Shown here: positions 20,016-30,800 of the stretch, one piece after another
Layout: every line of letters starts with the position of its first letter
Numbering within the stretch: position 1 is the stretch's first letter
Assembly (NCBI RefSeq): GCF_963558545.1
Contig: NZ_CAUWHO010000008.1
Span: forward strand, 503-64,502
Length of the DNA stretch: 64,000 nucleotides
Direction: 5' to 3'
Source: an uncultured Tyzzerella sp.
Lineage (GTDB): Bacteria; Bacillota; Clostridia; Lachnospirales; CAG-274
Translations under genes and position numbers: made by a program
The notes under the pieces: model-generated
What the model was told of the DNA's origin: nothing
Seen by the model: only the letters and a program-made list of their open reading frames with translations
Databases searched by the model: none

Positions 20016-21243
20016 CTTTCATAAAATAGCAAGTATCTAGCCATATATTTTCAAAAGATTTTTTTATATCTTCCTTTGTTGTAGATTTTATACTATTTAT
20101 CATTTCATCTATGCTTATTTCTAGACTAGCTAAATAATTAGTGTAATAGTAATCTATTGTAGCTGTATTGTAATCTACTATACCTCTGTATTTTTTGCAT
20201 AAATTATTTATAGCAATTTTTATATTATCATCGTTAAAATTACCTTCTTTAATATTTTCAATATTTTCTAATATACAAGCTTTTGCTTTTTCATATTGAT
20301 TAGAATCTATGCCACTTTCTATAAATATTATTCCTTTAAAAATGTATATAAATGAGCTTATATAATAACAAAGGTTTTCTTTTTCCCTTACGTTATTAAA
20401 AAGCATAGAACCTGAGCCACCACCTAATATTTCATTTCCAACTAAAAGTCCTATAAAATTTTTATTATCGGCAGATATGTTACTTCTAAATGCCATACAA
20501 AGCTTTCCTTGAGTTATATTAAACTTTTCTATAACTGTATTTTCTTTATGCTTATCTTTATATATAAATTCTGTTTTTATAGGAATATAATTTCTTCCTT
20601 CAATGCTAAAATATTCTTTTACAAGCTTATTTACTATGTTTTCTGTTACATTTCCTAAAATAACTATATCTATCTCTGATGTTTTTAAAATATTTTTATA
20701 ATGGCTATAAAGATTTTTATTATTTATTTTATCATCTTCTAAATCTTCTATATATCCATATGCTAAAATACCAAACTTTTCATTTTTACACATAATTTCT
20801 ACACATTTATCTTTTGCTAGCTCTTTCTTATCATTTTGTCTAGAATATATGTCTTCTTTAACCTGTTCCTTAGCTTTATTAAAATACTCTACATTAAATC
20901 CATCATCTTCTACTAAAGGATTTAATATTATTTCCTTAAACAATAAAAATACTCCATCTATACAAACTTTATCTTCTATAAACTCCATTAAAATTTCTAT
21001 TATCTGGTTATCACCTTTTTTTAAAATATCACTATGGATATAAGCACCATACATTTCTTCTGTTTTCAAGTTTATATCTTTTATTGTTTTATATTTTTTA
21101 CACCCCATAGTCAAAATCTTAGATAAAATTGCATTATAAGTTACATAATCTTTATCTAAACTTTGCCTTAAAAGAAAGGCAACACATATAGTTTTAAATT
21201 TATTAGTATTTATAACCTTTACATTTATACCGTTATCTATCAT
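19996..21243 (-). CDS. M16-family peptidase-like protein lacking HxxEH (probable non-catalytic partner)
   Basis: 415 aa with M16-like architecture and no HxxEH motif. Overlaps the downstream M16 gene by 20 nt. Confidence 0.7.
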   Translation of the reverse strand: MIDNGINVKVINTNKFKTICVAFLLRQSLDKDYVTYNAILSKILTMGCKKYKTIKDINLKTEEMYGAYIHSDILKKGDNQIIEILMEFIEDKVCIDGVFLLFKEIILNPLVEDDGFNVEYFNKAKEQVKEDIYSRQNDKKELAKDKCVEIMCKNEKFGILAYGYIEDLEDDKINNKNLYSHYKNILKTSEIDIVILGNVTENIVNKLVKEYFSIEGRNYIPIKTEFIYKDKHKENTVIEKFNITQGKLCMAFRSNISADNKNFIGLLVGNEILGGGSGSMLFNNVREKENLCYYISSFIYIFKGIIFIESGIDSNQYEKAKACILENIENIKEGNFNDDNIKIAINNLCKKYRGIVDYNTATIDYYYTNYLASLEISIDEMINSIKSTTKEDIKKSFENIWLDTCYFMKGDEIDR

Positions 21244-21251
21244 ACAATCTC

Positions 21252-22025
21252 CTACATATATTTACGCATATTTTTTAAAGCGCTTTTTTCTAACCTACTT
21301 ACTTGTGCCTGACTAATATTTATTTCTTCTGCTACTTCCATTTGGGTTTTACCTTCAAAAAATCTAAGGTTTATTATATATTTTTCCCTTTCATTAAGTT
21401 TTTTCATAGCTTCATTAAGGCTAATGTTTTCTATCCAAAGATTATCATTATTTTTATCGTCTTTTACTTGGTCCATAACAAAAATAGAATCTCCACCATC
21501 GTTATACACAGGCTCAAACAATGATATAGGTTCTTGTATGGCATCTAATGCTAATATAATCTCTTCTTTTTCTATGCCAAGCTCTTTAGCTATTTCTTCT
21601 ACTGTCGGCTCTTTACAATTTTTATTAATAAGCATTTCTTTCATTTGTAATGCCTTATAAGCTATATCTCTTAAAGACCTGCTAACCCTTATAGAATTAT
21701 AATCTCTAAGATATCTTCTAATCTCTCCTATAATCATAGGAACAGCATATGTGCTAAGTTTTACACCTTGATTTACATCAAAATTATTAATAGCTTTTAT
21801 AAGGCCTATTACCCCAACTTGAAATATATCATCTATATTTTCTCCACGGTTTGCAAATTTTTTTATAACACTTAAAACAAGCCTTAAATTGCTATATATA
21901 AACTCTTCCTTTGCCTTTTTATCTCCTGCCTGCACACGCTTAAAAAGTTCTTGTTGCTCTTCATTTTTTAGTATTGGCAATTTACTAGTATTAACTCCGC
22001 ATATTTCCACTTTATACCCTAACAT
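21252..22025 (-). CDS. sigG: Sporulation sigma factor SigG
   Basis: KVEICGVNTSKLPILKNEEQQELF...NLRLVLSVIKKF..STYAVPMIIGEIRRYLRDYNSIRVSRSLRDIAYKAL...EPISLFEPVYNDGGDSIFVMDQ..QAQVSRLEK tracks B. subtilis SigG closely. Start moved to ATG 22023-22025, 6 nt after GGAGGTG. Confidence 0.85.
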   Translation of the reverse strand: MLGYKVEICGVNTSKLPILKNEEQQELFKRVQAGDKKAKEEFIYSNLRLVLSVIKKFANRGENIDDIFQVGVIGLIKAINNFDVNQGVKLSTYAVPMIIGEIRRYLRDYNSIRVSRSLRDIAYKALQMKEMLINKNCKEPTVEEIAKELGIEKEEIILALDAIQEPISLFEPVYNDGGDSIFVMDQVKDDKNNDNLWIENISLNEAMKKLNEREKYIINLRFFEGKTQMEVAEEINISQAQVSRLEKSALKNMRKYM

Positions 22026-22130
22026 AAAAAACACCTCCGAAAAATTCCTTATATAAAGATATTTTCCAAAGGTATTAAATTTATACATTATTTAATTTCT
22101 AATTTATTACAATTATTGTTTAAATGTAGA

Positions 22131-23612
22131 TTAACCTTGAAATCCTCCCACATTTAAATAAGGTTTTCCAAAACTATATAATGCTACAGAATAGTTTATT
22201 TTATTTTGCTCTATTTGCTTTTCTATATTTAATATTCCCAATTTAGCTTGCTCTACTTGATTTAATGTTACATTTCCATTAATATAATTAGCTGTAACTT
22301 TATTGTATTCATCTACTGCTTTATTAAGCTCTAATCTTAAACTTTTGTCAGTATCTTTCATTTTTAATAAATTATCATAGCTACTTCTCAATTTATTTTC
22401 CATATCTATTTTAGCATCTGATAGCTTTCTTTGAGCAGTCTTTATATCATTATCTAATTTTATTTTTTCTTCTTCTGATGCTGTATGGCTATAATTTTTT
22501 CTTATATCTTCTGCCCTTTCTAAATTCTTTTTTAAAAGTTGTATAGATATATCATCTTCTTTATTTCTAGTTATATAAGAATCTATATCTATTTTATCTA
22601 TATCATCAAAATTATCATTTAATAATATATTTATATTAGTGTTGTAGTCTTTATCTAATATATTATTTAAATTTTTTTGTTGTGTATTTAGTGAATTTTT
22701 TAATGCCTCTAAATTTAATTTATTATTATTTTGGGTGTCTTTAGCTTTTTTCAATTCACTTTCAGAAATCATTCCGTGTTGATATTTTAATTCTAGAGCT
22801 TTTGTATTTTTTTCATTAACTTCTATAGTTTTTTGTAGAGTAGCTATATTAAGTTTAGTTGTTTTTATATTAGCAGTAGCACTAATAACACTAAGCTCTA
22901 TACTATCTTCTATTATTTTTTGGTTAATATCTTTATCTTGAACTTGAGCATCTAAGCTATTAATATTTTTTAAGATTTGTTCTATTTGTGGGTCATAATA
23001 GTTTTGCCCTACAATTTTATTGTTTAAATCTAATGACACTTTTTTAGTATATTCTATTGCATCATTAAGATTTCTTATACTAGAGCTTTTAGCTTGAGCA
23101 GTTTTAACTGCCTCTTCCATAGATATTATTTTTGAATTATCATCTATATATAGCTTATCCAAATATATATATTCATCATTTCCAGTATCTATTGATATTT
23201 TTTGTTTTTCACTGTCCCAATCTACTTTCATACCAAATGCTTCACATATAAATCTTAATGGAACATATGTTGTATCATTAACTATTTCAACAGAAATAGG
23301 CATATCTATGTATTTATCATTTAATTTAGTCTTATTAGTATCCACATTTATAACTAATGTTTTATCACCTTTTTTTACTGTTATATTTCTTTTTACATTG
23401 TTCCAGTCTACATCTGCATCTAACATTTCAAATAAATCTCTAAAAGCAACTAATGTATACCCTTGTTTATTTATAACATTAGATTTTACAGGTTGTAACA
23501 TATTATCTATATTTACAGATACATATTTATTTTCATAAGCATAAACACTATTTGATAAAAATAATGTAGATAACGCTGTACATATTAAAAACATTTTTAT
23601 ATTTTTTTTCAT
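22131..23612 (-). CDS. Secreted protein: N-terminal copper-amine-oxidase-N-like (wall-binding) domain fused to a TolC/OEP-like coiled-coil region
   Basis: Signal peptide, then GYTLVAFRDLFEMLDADVDWN...TTYVPLRFICEAFGMKVDWDSEKQKISI, then about 330 aa of heptad-rich TolC-like sequence (EEAVKTAQAKSSSIRNL...ELKYQHGMISESELKKAKD). Start set at ATG 23610-23612 after AGGAGGT. Confidence 0.65.
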   Translation of the reverse strand: MKKNIKMFLICTALSTLFLSNSVYAYENKYVSVNIDNMLQPVKSNVINKQGYTLVAFRDLFEMLDADVDWNNVKRNITVKKGDKTLVINVDTNKTKLNDKYIDMPISVEIVNDTTYVPLRFICEAFGMKVDWDSEKQKISIDTGNDEYIYLDKLYIDDNSKIISMEEAVKTAQAKSSSIRNLNDAIEYTKKVSLDLNNKIVGQNYYDPQIEQILKNINSLDAQVQDKDINQKIIEDSIELSVISATANIKTTKLNIATLQKTIEVNEKNTKALELKYQHGMISESELKKAKDTQNNNKLNLEALKNSLNTQQKNLNNILDKDYNTNINILLNDNFDDIDKIDIDSYITRNKEDDISIQLLKKNLERAEDIRKNYSHTASEEEKIKLDNDIKTAQRKLSDAKIDMENKLRSSYDNLLKMKDTDKSLRLELNKAVDEYNKVTANYINGNVTLNQVEQAKLGILNIEKQIEQNKINYSVALYSFGKPYLNVGGFQG

Positions 23613-23666
23613 TTTCATACCTCCTAAACTTATCAATATTATATACGATATATCTTATTAATAAGT

Positions 23667-24035
23667 TTATTTTTTTATTAATATAATATCTTTTATATTC
23701 CTTATACGGTTAGTTACTATTGCTGTTTTTGTAACAATACATATCATATCTTTTCCATTAAATCCTATAAATTCACCTTCATATATTTTTTTATGTAAAG
23801 TAGTAATTTTTACAAACATACCTCTTTTATATATATCCCCCCTAAACATTATAACCTCTTTAGGGAACATTAAATAAAACTCTTTAAGCATAGTATCAAA
23901 AAGTTTTATAGGGTACTCACATTCTAACGATAATTTTCTAAAAAATAAAAAAGATTTTAAAATTATAAGTATAAAAAAAGATATTACTATACAAAATATA
24001 ACCTCTCTAAAATTTAAAAACTCTATACTTTTCAT
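23667..24035 (-). CDS. Hypothetical small membrane-anchored protein
   Basis: ORF with one N-terminal TM (VIFCIVISFFILIILKSFLFF). The start is uncertain; ATG 24033-24035 has only a weak GGTG Shine-Dalgarno. No family recognised. Confidence 0.45.
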   Translation of the reverse strand: MKSIEFLNFREVIFCIVISFFILIILKSFLFFRKLSLECEYPIKLFDTMLKEFYLMFPKEVIMFRGDIYKRGMFVKITTLHKKIYEGEFIGFNGKDMICIVTKTAIVTNRIRNIKDIILIKK

Positions 24036-24199
24036 AATAACACCAACTTTCATATAAATATATATTAAAATTATAGCACACATTTTATTCTTTATAAATA
24101 TAATTTTAAATTTATTTTATACTAAAAAATAGGCTTTAATATAAAGTTTATTACTTTAATATTAGAGCCTATTTAGTTTATACCTTATACAAAAAATGT

Positions 24200-24970
24200 T
24201 TATTTAGATATAAATAATTGTGTCCAATGGCTTGATATATGTCCAACACCAATATGAGTAAAGGACTTACTAAGTATATTTCTTTTATGTCCTTCAGAGT
24301 TCATCCAAGCATTTACAACATCTTGTGCTGTTTTTTGTCCTTTAGCAATATTTTCTCCAGCAGTTTTATATGTAATGTTAAATTGTTTTAACATATCAAA
24401 AGGCGAACCATATGTAGGAGATGTATGAGAAAAATATCCTTTATTTTTCATATCCTGAGATTTTAGTCTTGCCACGTTAGATAGTTCTGTGTCTATTTTA
24501 AGTGGTGATAAGCCAGCCTTTTTTCTTTCTGCATTAACAAGATTAACTACTTCTTGTTCTATGTTAGATACAGAGTTATTTACATTATTATTATTTTCTG
24601 TTGGTTTATTAGGTTTCTGTTGTATATTATTATTGCTATTTGTGTTATTATTATTTGTGTTATTGTTATTATTTATGTTGTTATCTTTATTGTTATTTAT
24701 ATTATTGTTTACACAATTGTTATTTGTACAATTATTACTTGTATTATTATCTACATTGCTATTTATATTGTTATTTGTGCAATTATTATTTGTATTATTA
24801 ATACTATTATTTACATTATTATTTTGTTCGTTATAGCTAAAATTCTTAATTGGTTTTCCGTTAATAGTTAAAAATTTTGAAATATCGTTATTCAGAGTGT
24901 TAGTACCTCCAAATACACTTGCTGTTGAAAATAAAGTTAAAGCAAAAGTTGTTAATAAAAATCTTTTCAT
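24200..24970 (-). CDS. Secreted CAP/SCP (YkwD-like) domain protein with Asn-rich linker
   Basis: Signal peptide, about 100 aa of N/T/C-rich low complexity, then the CAP domain (VNAERKKAGLSPL...GYFSHTSPTYG...GENIA...WMNSEGHKRNIL...HIGVG). Confidence 0.85.
   Translation of the reverse strand: MKRFLLTTFALTLFSTASVFGGTNTLNNDISKFLTINGKPIKNFSYNEQNNNVNNSINNTNNNCTNNNINSNVDNNTSNNCTNNNCVNNNINNNKDNNINNNNNTNNNNTNSNNNIQQKPNKPTENNNNVNNSVSNIEQEVVNLVNAERKKAGLSPLKIDTELSNVARLKSQDMKNKGYFSHTSPTYGSPFDMLKQFNITYKTAGENIAKGQKTAQDVVNAWMNSEGHKRNILSKSFTHIGVGHISSHWTQLFISK
24560..24840. repeat. Degenerate AAT/AAC-rich low-complexity coding repeat
   Basis: Runs of attattatt/gttattgtt units encode the poly-Asn linker. They also create the two spurious plus-strand ORFs in the track. 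Confidence 0.8.
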
Positions 24971-25226
24971 AATAATTATCCTTTCAATATGTAATTTATG
25001 TTATTATATCTTTTTATATATCCAATTTGCTCTATATAGTATGTATTATCCTTTATAAAAATCAATATTTTATGTATAAATTTTTGTTGTTTTCTTTATC
25101 TATATACATAATACTACATTGTAACATAATTGTAAATAATTAATTATTGGAAATTTTGTAATAAAAATATAAAAAAAGTACTTACTATAAAGTAAATACT
25201 TTTTTATTTTTGTATTAAAAAATTTA

Positions 25227-27473
25227 TTAATCTTCTTTTAATTTAAAGTCTGAAACAGAAGAATAGAATATCTCTGCTTGTGTTGCAAGTTCTTGAGATG
25301 CTGCTGCTGCCTCTTCACTTGTAGCAGTGTTATTTTGAGTAACAGTAGCAATTTGTTGTATACCAATAGTAACTTCATCTATAGATTTTTCTTGCTCTTT
25401 AGAAGATTTAGTAGATGCTTCTATAAGCGAAGATATTTCTTCTATTTGTTTTACTATATTAACTAAGGATTCAGCTGTATTGTTAGCTATTTTAGAGCCT
25501 TCTGCAACTTTTTCTACAGAGCTACCTATAAGCTCAGTTGTTTCTCTAGCAGCTTGTTGGCTTCTAGCAGCAAGGTTTCTAACTTCTTCTGCTACAACGG
25601 CAAAGCCTTTACCGTGCTCTCCTGCACGAGCGGCCTCAACGGCAGCATTAAGAGCAAGTATATTTGTTTGGAAAGCAATATCATCTATTACTTTAATTAT
25701 GTTAGATATGCTATTAGAAGCATTATTTATTTCTTCCATAGCTATAAGCATATTATCCATTTGCTGACTTCCATCATCGGCACTATTTTTAGCCTGTAAA
25801 GCAAGCTCATTAGCTTTTTCAGAATTTTCGGCATTATCTGTAGCTTGTTGAGATATAAATTTTATATTAGAGTTAAGTTGTTCTACTGCTTCTGCTTGTT
25901 TAGTAGCCCCCTCTGCTAGAGATATACTAGATTCTGATATTTGTTTAGAACCTGCAGATACTTTTTCTGAAGATACTATAATATCTTTTGTAAGTACATT
26001 AAGGTTATTAATAATTAAATTTACAGATTTTCTTATTAGCTCAAAATCTCCAAGATAATCTCTATCAATATAAAGGTCAAAGTTTTTATGTGCCATTTCG
26101 TTTAATACATCAGAAATTTCTGATATATAAGACCCAATAGTCTCTGCAGTATAATTTACTGTTTGTTTAATATTATTAAATTCACCTTTATATTCATTAG
26201 TTATTCTGTGAGAGAAATTACCTATTGAGAACTGGTTAAGTGCATTTTGAGTTTCTTTAATAGGTATAACTACATTTTCTACAAATTGGTTTAAAGAATC
26301 TGTAGTTTCCTTCCATTGTCCAATATAACTAGAAGTGTCTAATCTAAATTCTAAGTTACCGTCACTAGCAGCATTTATAAGATTTGATATATCATTTGAT
26401 ACACTTTTTAAAGCATTTTGCACTGCCAAAACTTCTTCTTTTATAATAGCTTTATCACCAGGAAAATCTTTAACTTTAAAGTCAAAATTACCTTCTCCAA
26501 ATTCTTTTATTGCACTAACTATGTATAAACAATCTTCTACTAAATTATTAGTAGCATTATTGATAGAAATTATTGCTTCTTTAAAAGCACCCTCATATCT
26601 ATCTTCATTTATTCTATAATTTACATTACCTTTATCTAACTGGCTAGATAACTCATTTATATCCATTAATATACCATTAAATGTAGTAGACATATTTGAT
26701 ATAGCATTAGATAAATCCCCTATTTCATCTTTAGCATTAGTGCTGCATTGCACATCTAAATTACCTTTAGACACTTCTAATGCAACATCTCTTAATCTTT
26801 CTATCGGTTTTCTAATAATACGAGAAAGAGTAAATCCAAATATAGAACCTACAATAACTATAACTATAAATATTAAAAATAAAATTATAGTTTGAAAACG
26901 TGCAAACTCTTTAACACCTTCTGTTTCTTGTATAAGGATATCAAAAGCTTCTCTTTGAGCTGTATAAGCACCCTCAATAATTTCTGTTCCTAATTTTGTC
27001 ATTTCAGAAAGTATCTGTTTAGCTAAAACCTCATTATTACTTAATATCGCTTCTCTAATCTGCTCGTATAAAGCATAATACTGCTCTAAAGATTTTAATA
27101 TATTTTCCATTGAAGCAATGTTTTGTGTTCTATCTTTACCAGTTTCTTCTATAAGTTTCATTTCGTTTAAGTAATTTTGTCCTGCTGTTTTAGTATTTTG
27201 GTATAAAGTTTCTATCTGTGTATTTTCTTGTTCTGTCAAACTATTTCTATATGCAATAAGAGTAATTAAACGTCTCATATCTGCCATATTCTGTGTAAGG
27301 TCCATACCTTCTGCCAAAACATCATCATTAGATGTTATAGAATTGTAATATGTCTTACTAGTAGAATTTAAGGTAACTATACCTGTTATTCCTAATATTA
27401 ATACAAGTACTAATATTGTCCCAAAAGTAATTAAAAATTTAATATAAAGCTTTAAATTTCGTATTTTTTTCAT
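25227..27473 (-). CDS. Methyl-accepting chemotaxis protein
   Basis: 748 aa. N-terminal TM-flanked sensor, repeated HAMP-like segments and the signalling domain [37 protein letters not shown]. Confidence 0.92.
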   Translation of the reverse strand: MKKIRNLKLYIKFLITFGTILVLVLILGITGIVTLNSTSKTYYNSITSNDDVLAEGMDLTQNMADMRRLITLIAYRNSLTEQENTQIETLYQNTKTAGQNYLNEMKLIEETGKDRTQNIASMENILKSLEQYYALYEQIREAILSNNEVLAKQILSEMTKLGTEIIEGAYTAQREAFDILIQETEGVKEFARFQTIILFLIFIVIVIVGSIFGFTLSRIIRKPIERLRDVALEVSKGNLDVQCSTNAKDEIGDLSNAISNMSTTFNGILMDINELSSQLDKGNVNYRINEDRYEGAFKEAIISINNATNNLVEDCLYIVSAIKEFGEGNFDFKVKDFPGDKAIIKEEVLAVQNALKSVSNDISNLINAASDGNLEFRLDTSSYIGQWKETTDSLNQFVENVVIPIKETQNALNQFSIGNFSHRITNEYKGEFNNIKQTVNYTAETIGSYISEISDVLNEMAHKNFDLYIDRDYLGDFELIRKSVNLIINNLNVLTKDIIVSSEKVSAGSKQISESSISLAEGATKQAEAVEQLNSNIKFISQQATDNAENSEKANELALQAKNSADDGSQQMDNMLIAMEEINNASNSISNIIKVIDDIAFQTNILALNAAVEAARAGEHGKGFAVVAEEVRNLAARSQQAARETTELIGSSVEKVAEGSKIANNTAESLVNIVKQIEEISSLIEASTKSSKEQEKSIDEVTIGIQQIATVTQNNTATSEEAAAASQELATQAEIFYSSVSDFKLKED

Positions 27474-27628
27474 TATACCTCTCCTTGTAGAATATATTTT
27501 ATTTATGTTACTATTTTACACCCTTTTTTTATATTTTTCAACTATTTATAGCATTTTTTTTAATTTTATCAATAAAAATTTTTTTAATTAGTAAATTTAA
27601 ATATAACCCCCATTAATTAAAGTAAATC

Positions 27629-27674
27629 TTTTTTATATACTTTGTATCTAAAAACAGGTATTCCTAAATCTTTT
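27629..27674 (+). repeat. Recurrent intergenic motif, copy R2
   Basis: ttttttatatactttgtatctaaaaacaggtattcctaaatctttt. Confidence 0.6.
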
Positions 27675-27751
27675 CGGCATAAAAAATAAAACTTGAAACG
27701 TATTTATCCTTTTTATTTTAAAAAAATAAGTCATATATTAATTTATATCAA

Positions 27752-27780
27752 TTAAAAAGCCTCCCTTTTGGGAGGCTTAA
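27752..27780 (-). terminator. Strong intrinsic terminator of the S-layer candidate gene
   Basis: aagcctccc-tttt-gggaggctt, followed by TTTTT on the minus strand. Confidence 0.85.
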
Positions 27781-27800
27781 AAATTAATCAAAAGATTAAA

Positions 27801-30800
27801 TTAGTTTTTAGCAGTAGTTGTTTCTGTTGTTGTATCAGAAGCAGTTGTGCTTTCAGTAGTTGTTTCTGTTGTTGTATCAGAAGCAGTTGTACTTTCAGTA
27901 GTTGTTTCTGTCATTTTAGCATTTCTACCATGATCTTTGTTGTAGATAGCAGTTCTAGTATCTGCATCCCAATCAACAGTTACACCTAAAGCTTGACCTA
28001 AAGCTCTGAAAGGAACAAACATTCTACCGTCTTTTATTTCAGCTTTAACACCGAACTCCATAGGTATTTTAGTACCATCTACTGTCATAATGTTGCTACC
28101 AGCTTGGAATTGAATAATTTTTTGGCCAGTACCTGCACCGTAGTAGATTGTAGTAGTTTTAGTGTTTGCATCAAATGCAATTTTGCTAGATTCATCTGCA
28201 TTTGTAGCATTAGCTGTATCTACACCTAAAGCTACAGAAACAAATCTTAAAGGAACCATTGTGCTGTTGCTTGATGCTTGGATATAAGGAGCTACATCCA
28301 TATCAATTGCTTGGTCACCAAGAAGGATAGTTTTTTCACCAACACTTACTTTAACTACTTGGTCAAAAGTACCTGGTTCAGTGATAACATCTAAATATCC
28401 TTTAAAGTCATAAGTTCTTACGTTATCTTGGTTAACTAAATTTTCGTTTTTAGAAGTTATATCAAATGATTTATCATCTTTAACTTCTGAGTTAAAGTTA
28501 TTGATAACAGCTGCACCACCTAATTTTAAGTCATAAGCACCAAATGGTACAGAACGTGTAGTACCTACTTTAACATCTTTGATTGTTATTGTAGATGGGT
28601 TTTTATAAGAAGCTTTGTTAATTTTAAATTCAATTACACCTTTTTTAGCACCAAATTCTTTTTCTTTAACTTCTAATTCGCCACCGCTTATTTCAAATTT
28701 AGCATTAGAGAAACCTAATTCTTGAGTACCATAAGGAGCTGCAAGTTCTAAAGTAGCAATTCTATCTTCTAAGAACATACCTGGTCTAGCTTCTGTAATA
28801 ACGATATCTGCAGTGTTGTAATCTTGGTAACCTATGTTAGCTTTTGTAGTAGTTGTTTTAATTTCAAATGGAACAACTGCTTTAGCAACAACTGTTTCTA
28901 CAACATTGCTTTGTCCACCACCTGTTACACCAAGTTTAATATCACCTTTGAAACCTGGGTCTACAGATAAGTCAAGTTTTAATACAAAGTTAGCTAAAAT
29001 GTTTGTGTTTGCATCGCTTTGTTTAACTTGGTAAGAATCTCTTTTAAGTCTTAAAACTTTACCATTTTCAACGATTTCAAAATCACTAGATTCTGGTTTT
29101 TCAGTAAAGTTGTTTTCTTTGCTAATTTCCGCACCTACGATTTTAACGCCTTCTGGAACAACAAAATCTAAAGCTCTAGATTCTACTAAAGTATTAGGGA
29201 TAGATTCTGAGAATTTAACTTCTACAGTAGTGTTGTCTTTTTCAGACATATTTGTTTCATCTTTTTTGTAGTGTCTACCAGAGATGATTTCCATAGGATC
29301 TTTTAAAGTTTCAAGTTTAAATCCTAACTCTGCTCTTTTAGCAACAACTTTGTTTTGGCTAGTGATACCATCACCAGATACAGAAAGTTCTACATCACCA
29401 AAGTTTTTGCTATTATTCGCTTCTACAAATAAACCGTCAATTCTAATACCTGTTGGTAAAGCACGATTTTCACCTAATCCACTTACTTTAACTTTAAGAA
29501 CAGAATCGTTACCGCTAAATCCATAACCAGTAGATTTAATATCTGCAGTTAATTTTTCACCTGTTTTGTCATTAAAGAATTCAACAGAATCACTTGCATT
29601 AGCACCTGTTTTAAATCTAAATCCACCATTAACTCTTAAAGTTAAAGTAGCTTCATCGTGTTTAGAAGATGTTGTACCAATTGTATTTCTAACGTTTTCT
29701 TTAATAACGATAGGACCTAATTTACCATAATCTTCAAAAGATTTAATGTTGTTGCTGCTATATACTAACTGAGTGTCACCTTCTTGTACAGAAGAAGTAA
29801 GAGTATATTCTCCACCTACAACTTTATCATTATAATCTGAAGTAATTTTAGCTTTAACAGGGGCATTACCATCAGCTATTACTGCACCTAAAGGTAAAGC
29901 AACATAAGGATTTTCTACTTTAATCTTGTCGTTTGATTCAACTGCATCATTTGTAACATCAACTTTTTTAATTTCTTTAGTTCCACTGTTTTTCAAGTTT
30001 AACCAAGTATAATCACTGTCTTGTAATTCAGTACCAGAATTTTGTTTAAACTTAATATCAATGTTACTTTCTTTTACAATTTTAGATTTTTCCATAGTTA
30101 TGCCTTTATCAGCATCACTAAGATTTAAATTAGGAACTGTAATTGTAGCAGTTGTTGGGTTATTAATTTCTATCTCATAAGGAATATGAGCTAATTCTGC
30201 TACATATTTAGTTTCTTTTTCTATTATAGCTTTTTTAAGATTAGCTATAGCTGGAGCAATTTTTTCGTGTGCCATAAAAGTAGCTTTATCTTCAATTGTT
30301 CCACCACCAAGTTTAAAGTCTTCTTCTTTAAGACTAGCTATAGCATCTCTAAGCCCTTCATAGCCTGGTGCTGTATCAATTTCTTTATCATTACCTATTG
30401 TAACACTTGCATTGTTAACATCAGTTTTGCCTATATTTGTATAAACAGTTTTTAAATCTGATGCTCCTTTCATAGCTGTAGTATAATCTACTGCTTTAAG
30501 ACTGTTACTGTTTTTATATTCATATCTTTCTTTGTGATTTTCATCAAAAGTACCGTTTTCAAGTTCTACTTTAAAAGTAACTTTATCACCAATATTGTTA
30601 GTACCGTCATTGTTAAGAGCTACTTTAACAACGCTTTTTCTACTTTTTAACTCATCAACAGTTTTGTAAGAAGTGTATTTGCTTGCTTCTGCATCGATAG
30701 TTTCGTTTGCTTTAGCAAAAGTAGTGTTTAATACACCATCAGCTTTTAATTGAGCTGCACTTGCAGTCATAGGCATTGCACTTGTAACCATCATAGCTGA

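Noticed and set aside
22026-22088. N-terminal extensions in the ORF track for sigG, groES (39004-39036), rex (34919-34927), relA, yjdM, the sseB-like gene, secG, 13971-13985 and 23613-23636.
   Set aside because: In each case the Shine-Dalgarno sequence lies inside or directly against the track's first codon. A downstream ATG has correct 5-8 nt spacing and gives the family-typical N-terminus.
27670-27700. Sigma-D-like -10 (GCCGAAAA) upstream of the chemotaxis receptor gene.
   Set aside because: No TAAA -35 element lies at the required ~15-nt spacing; the nearest is 24 nt away. The site is also more than 190 nt from the start codon.
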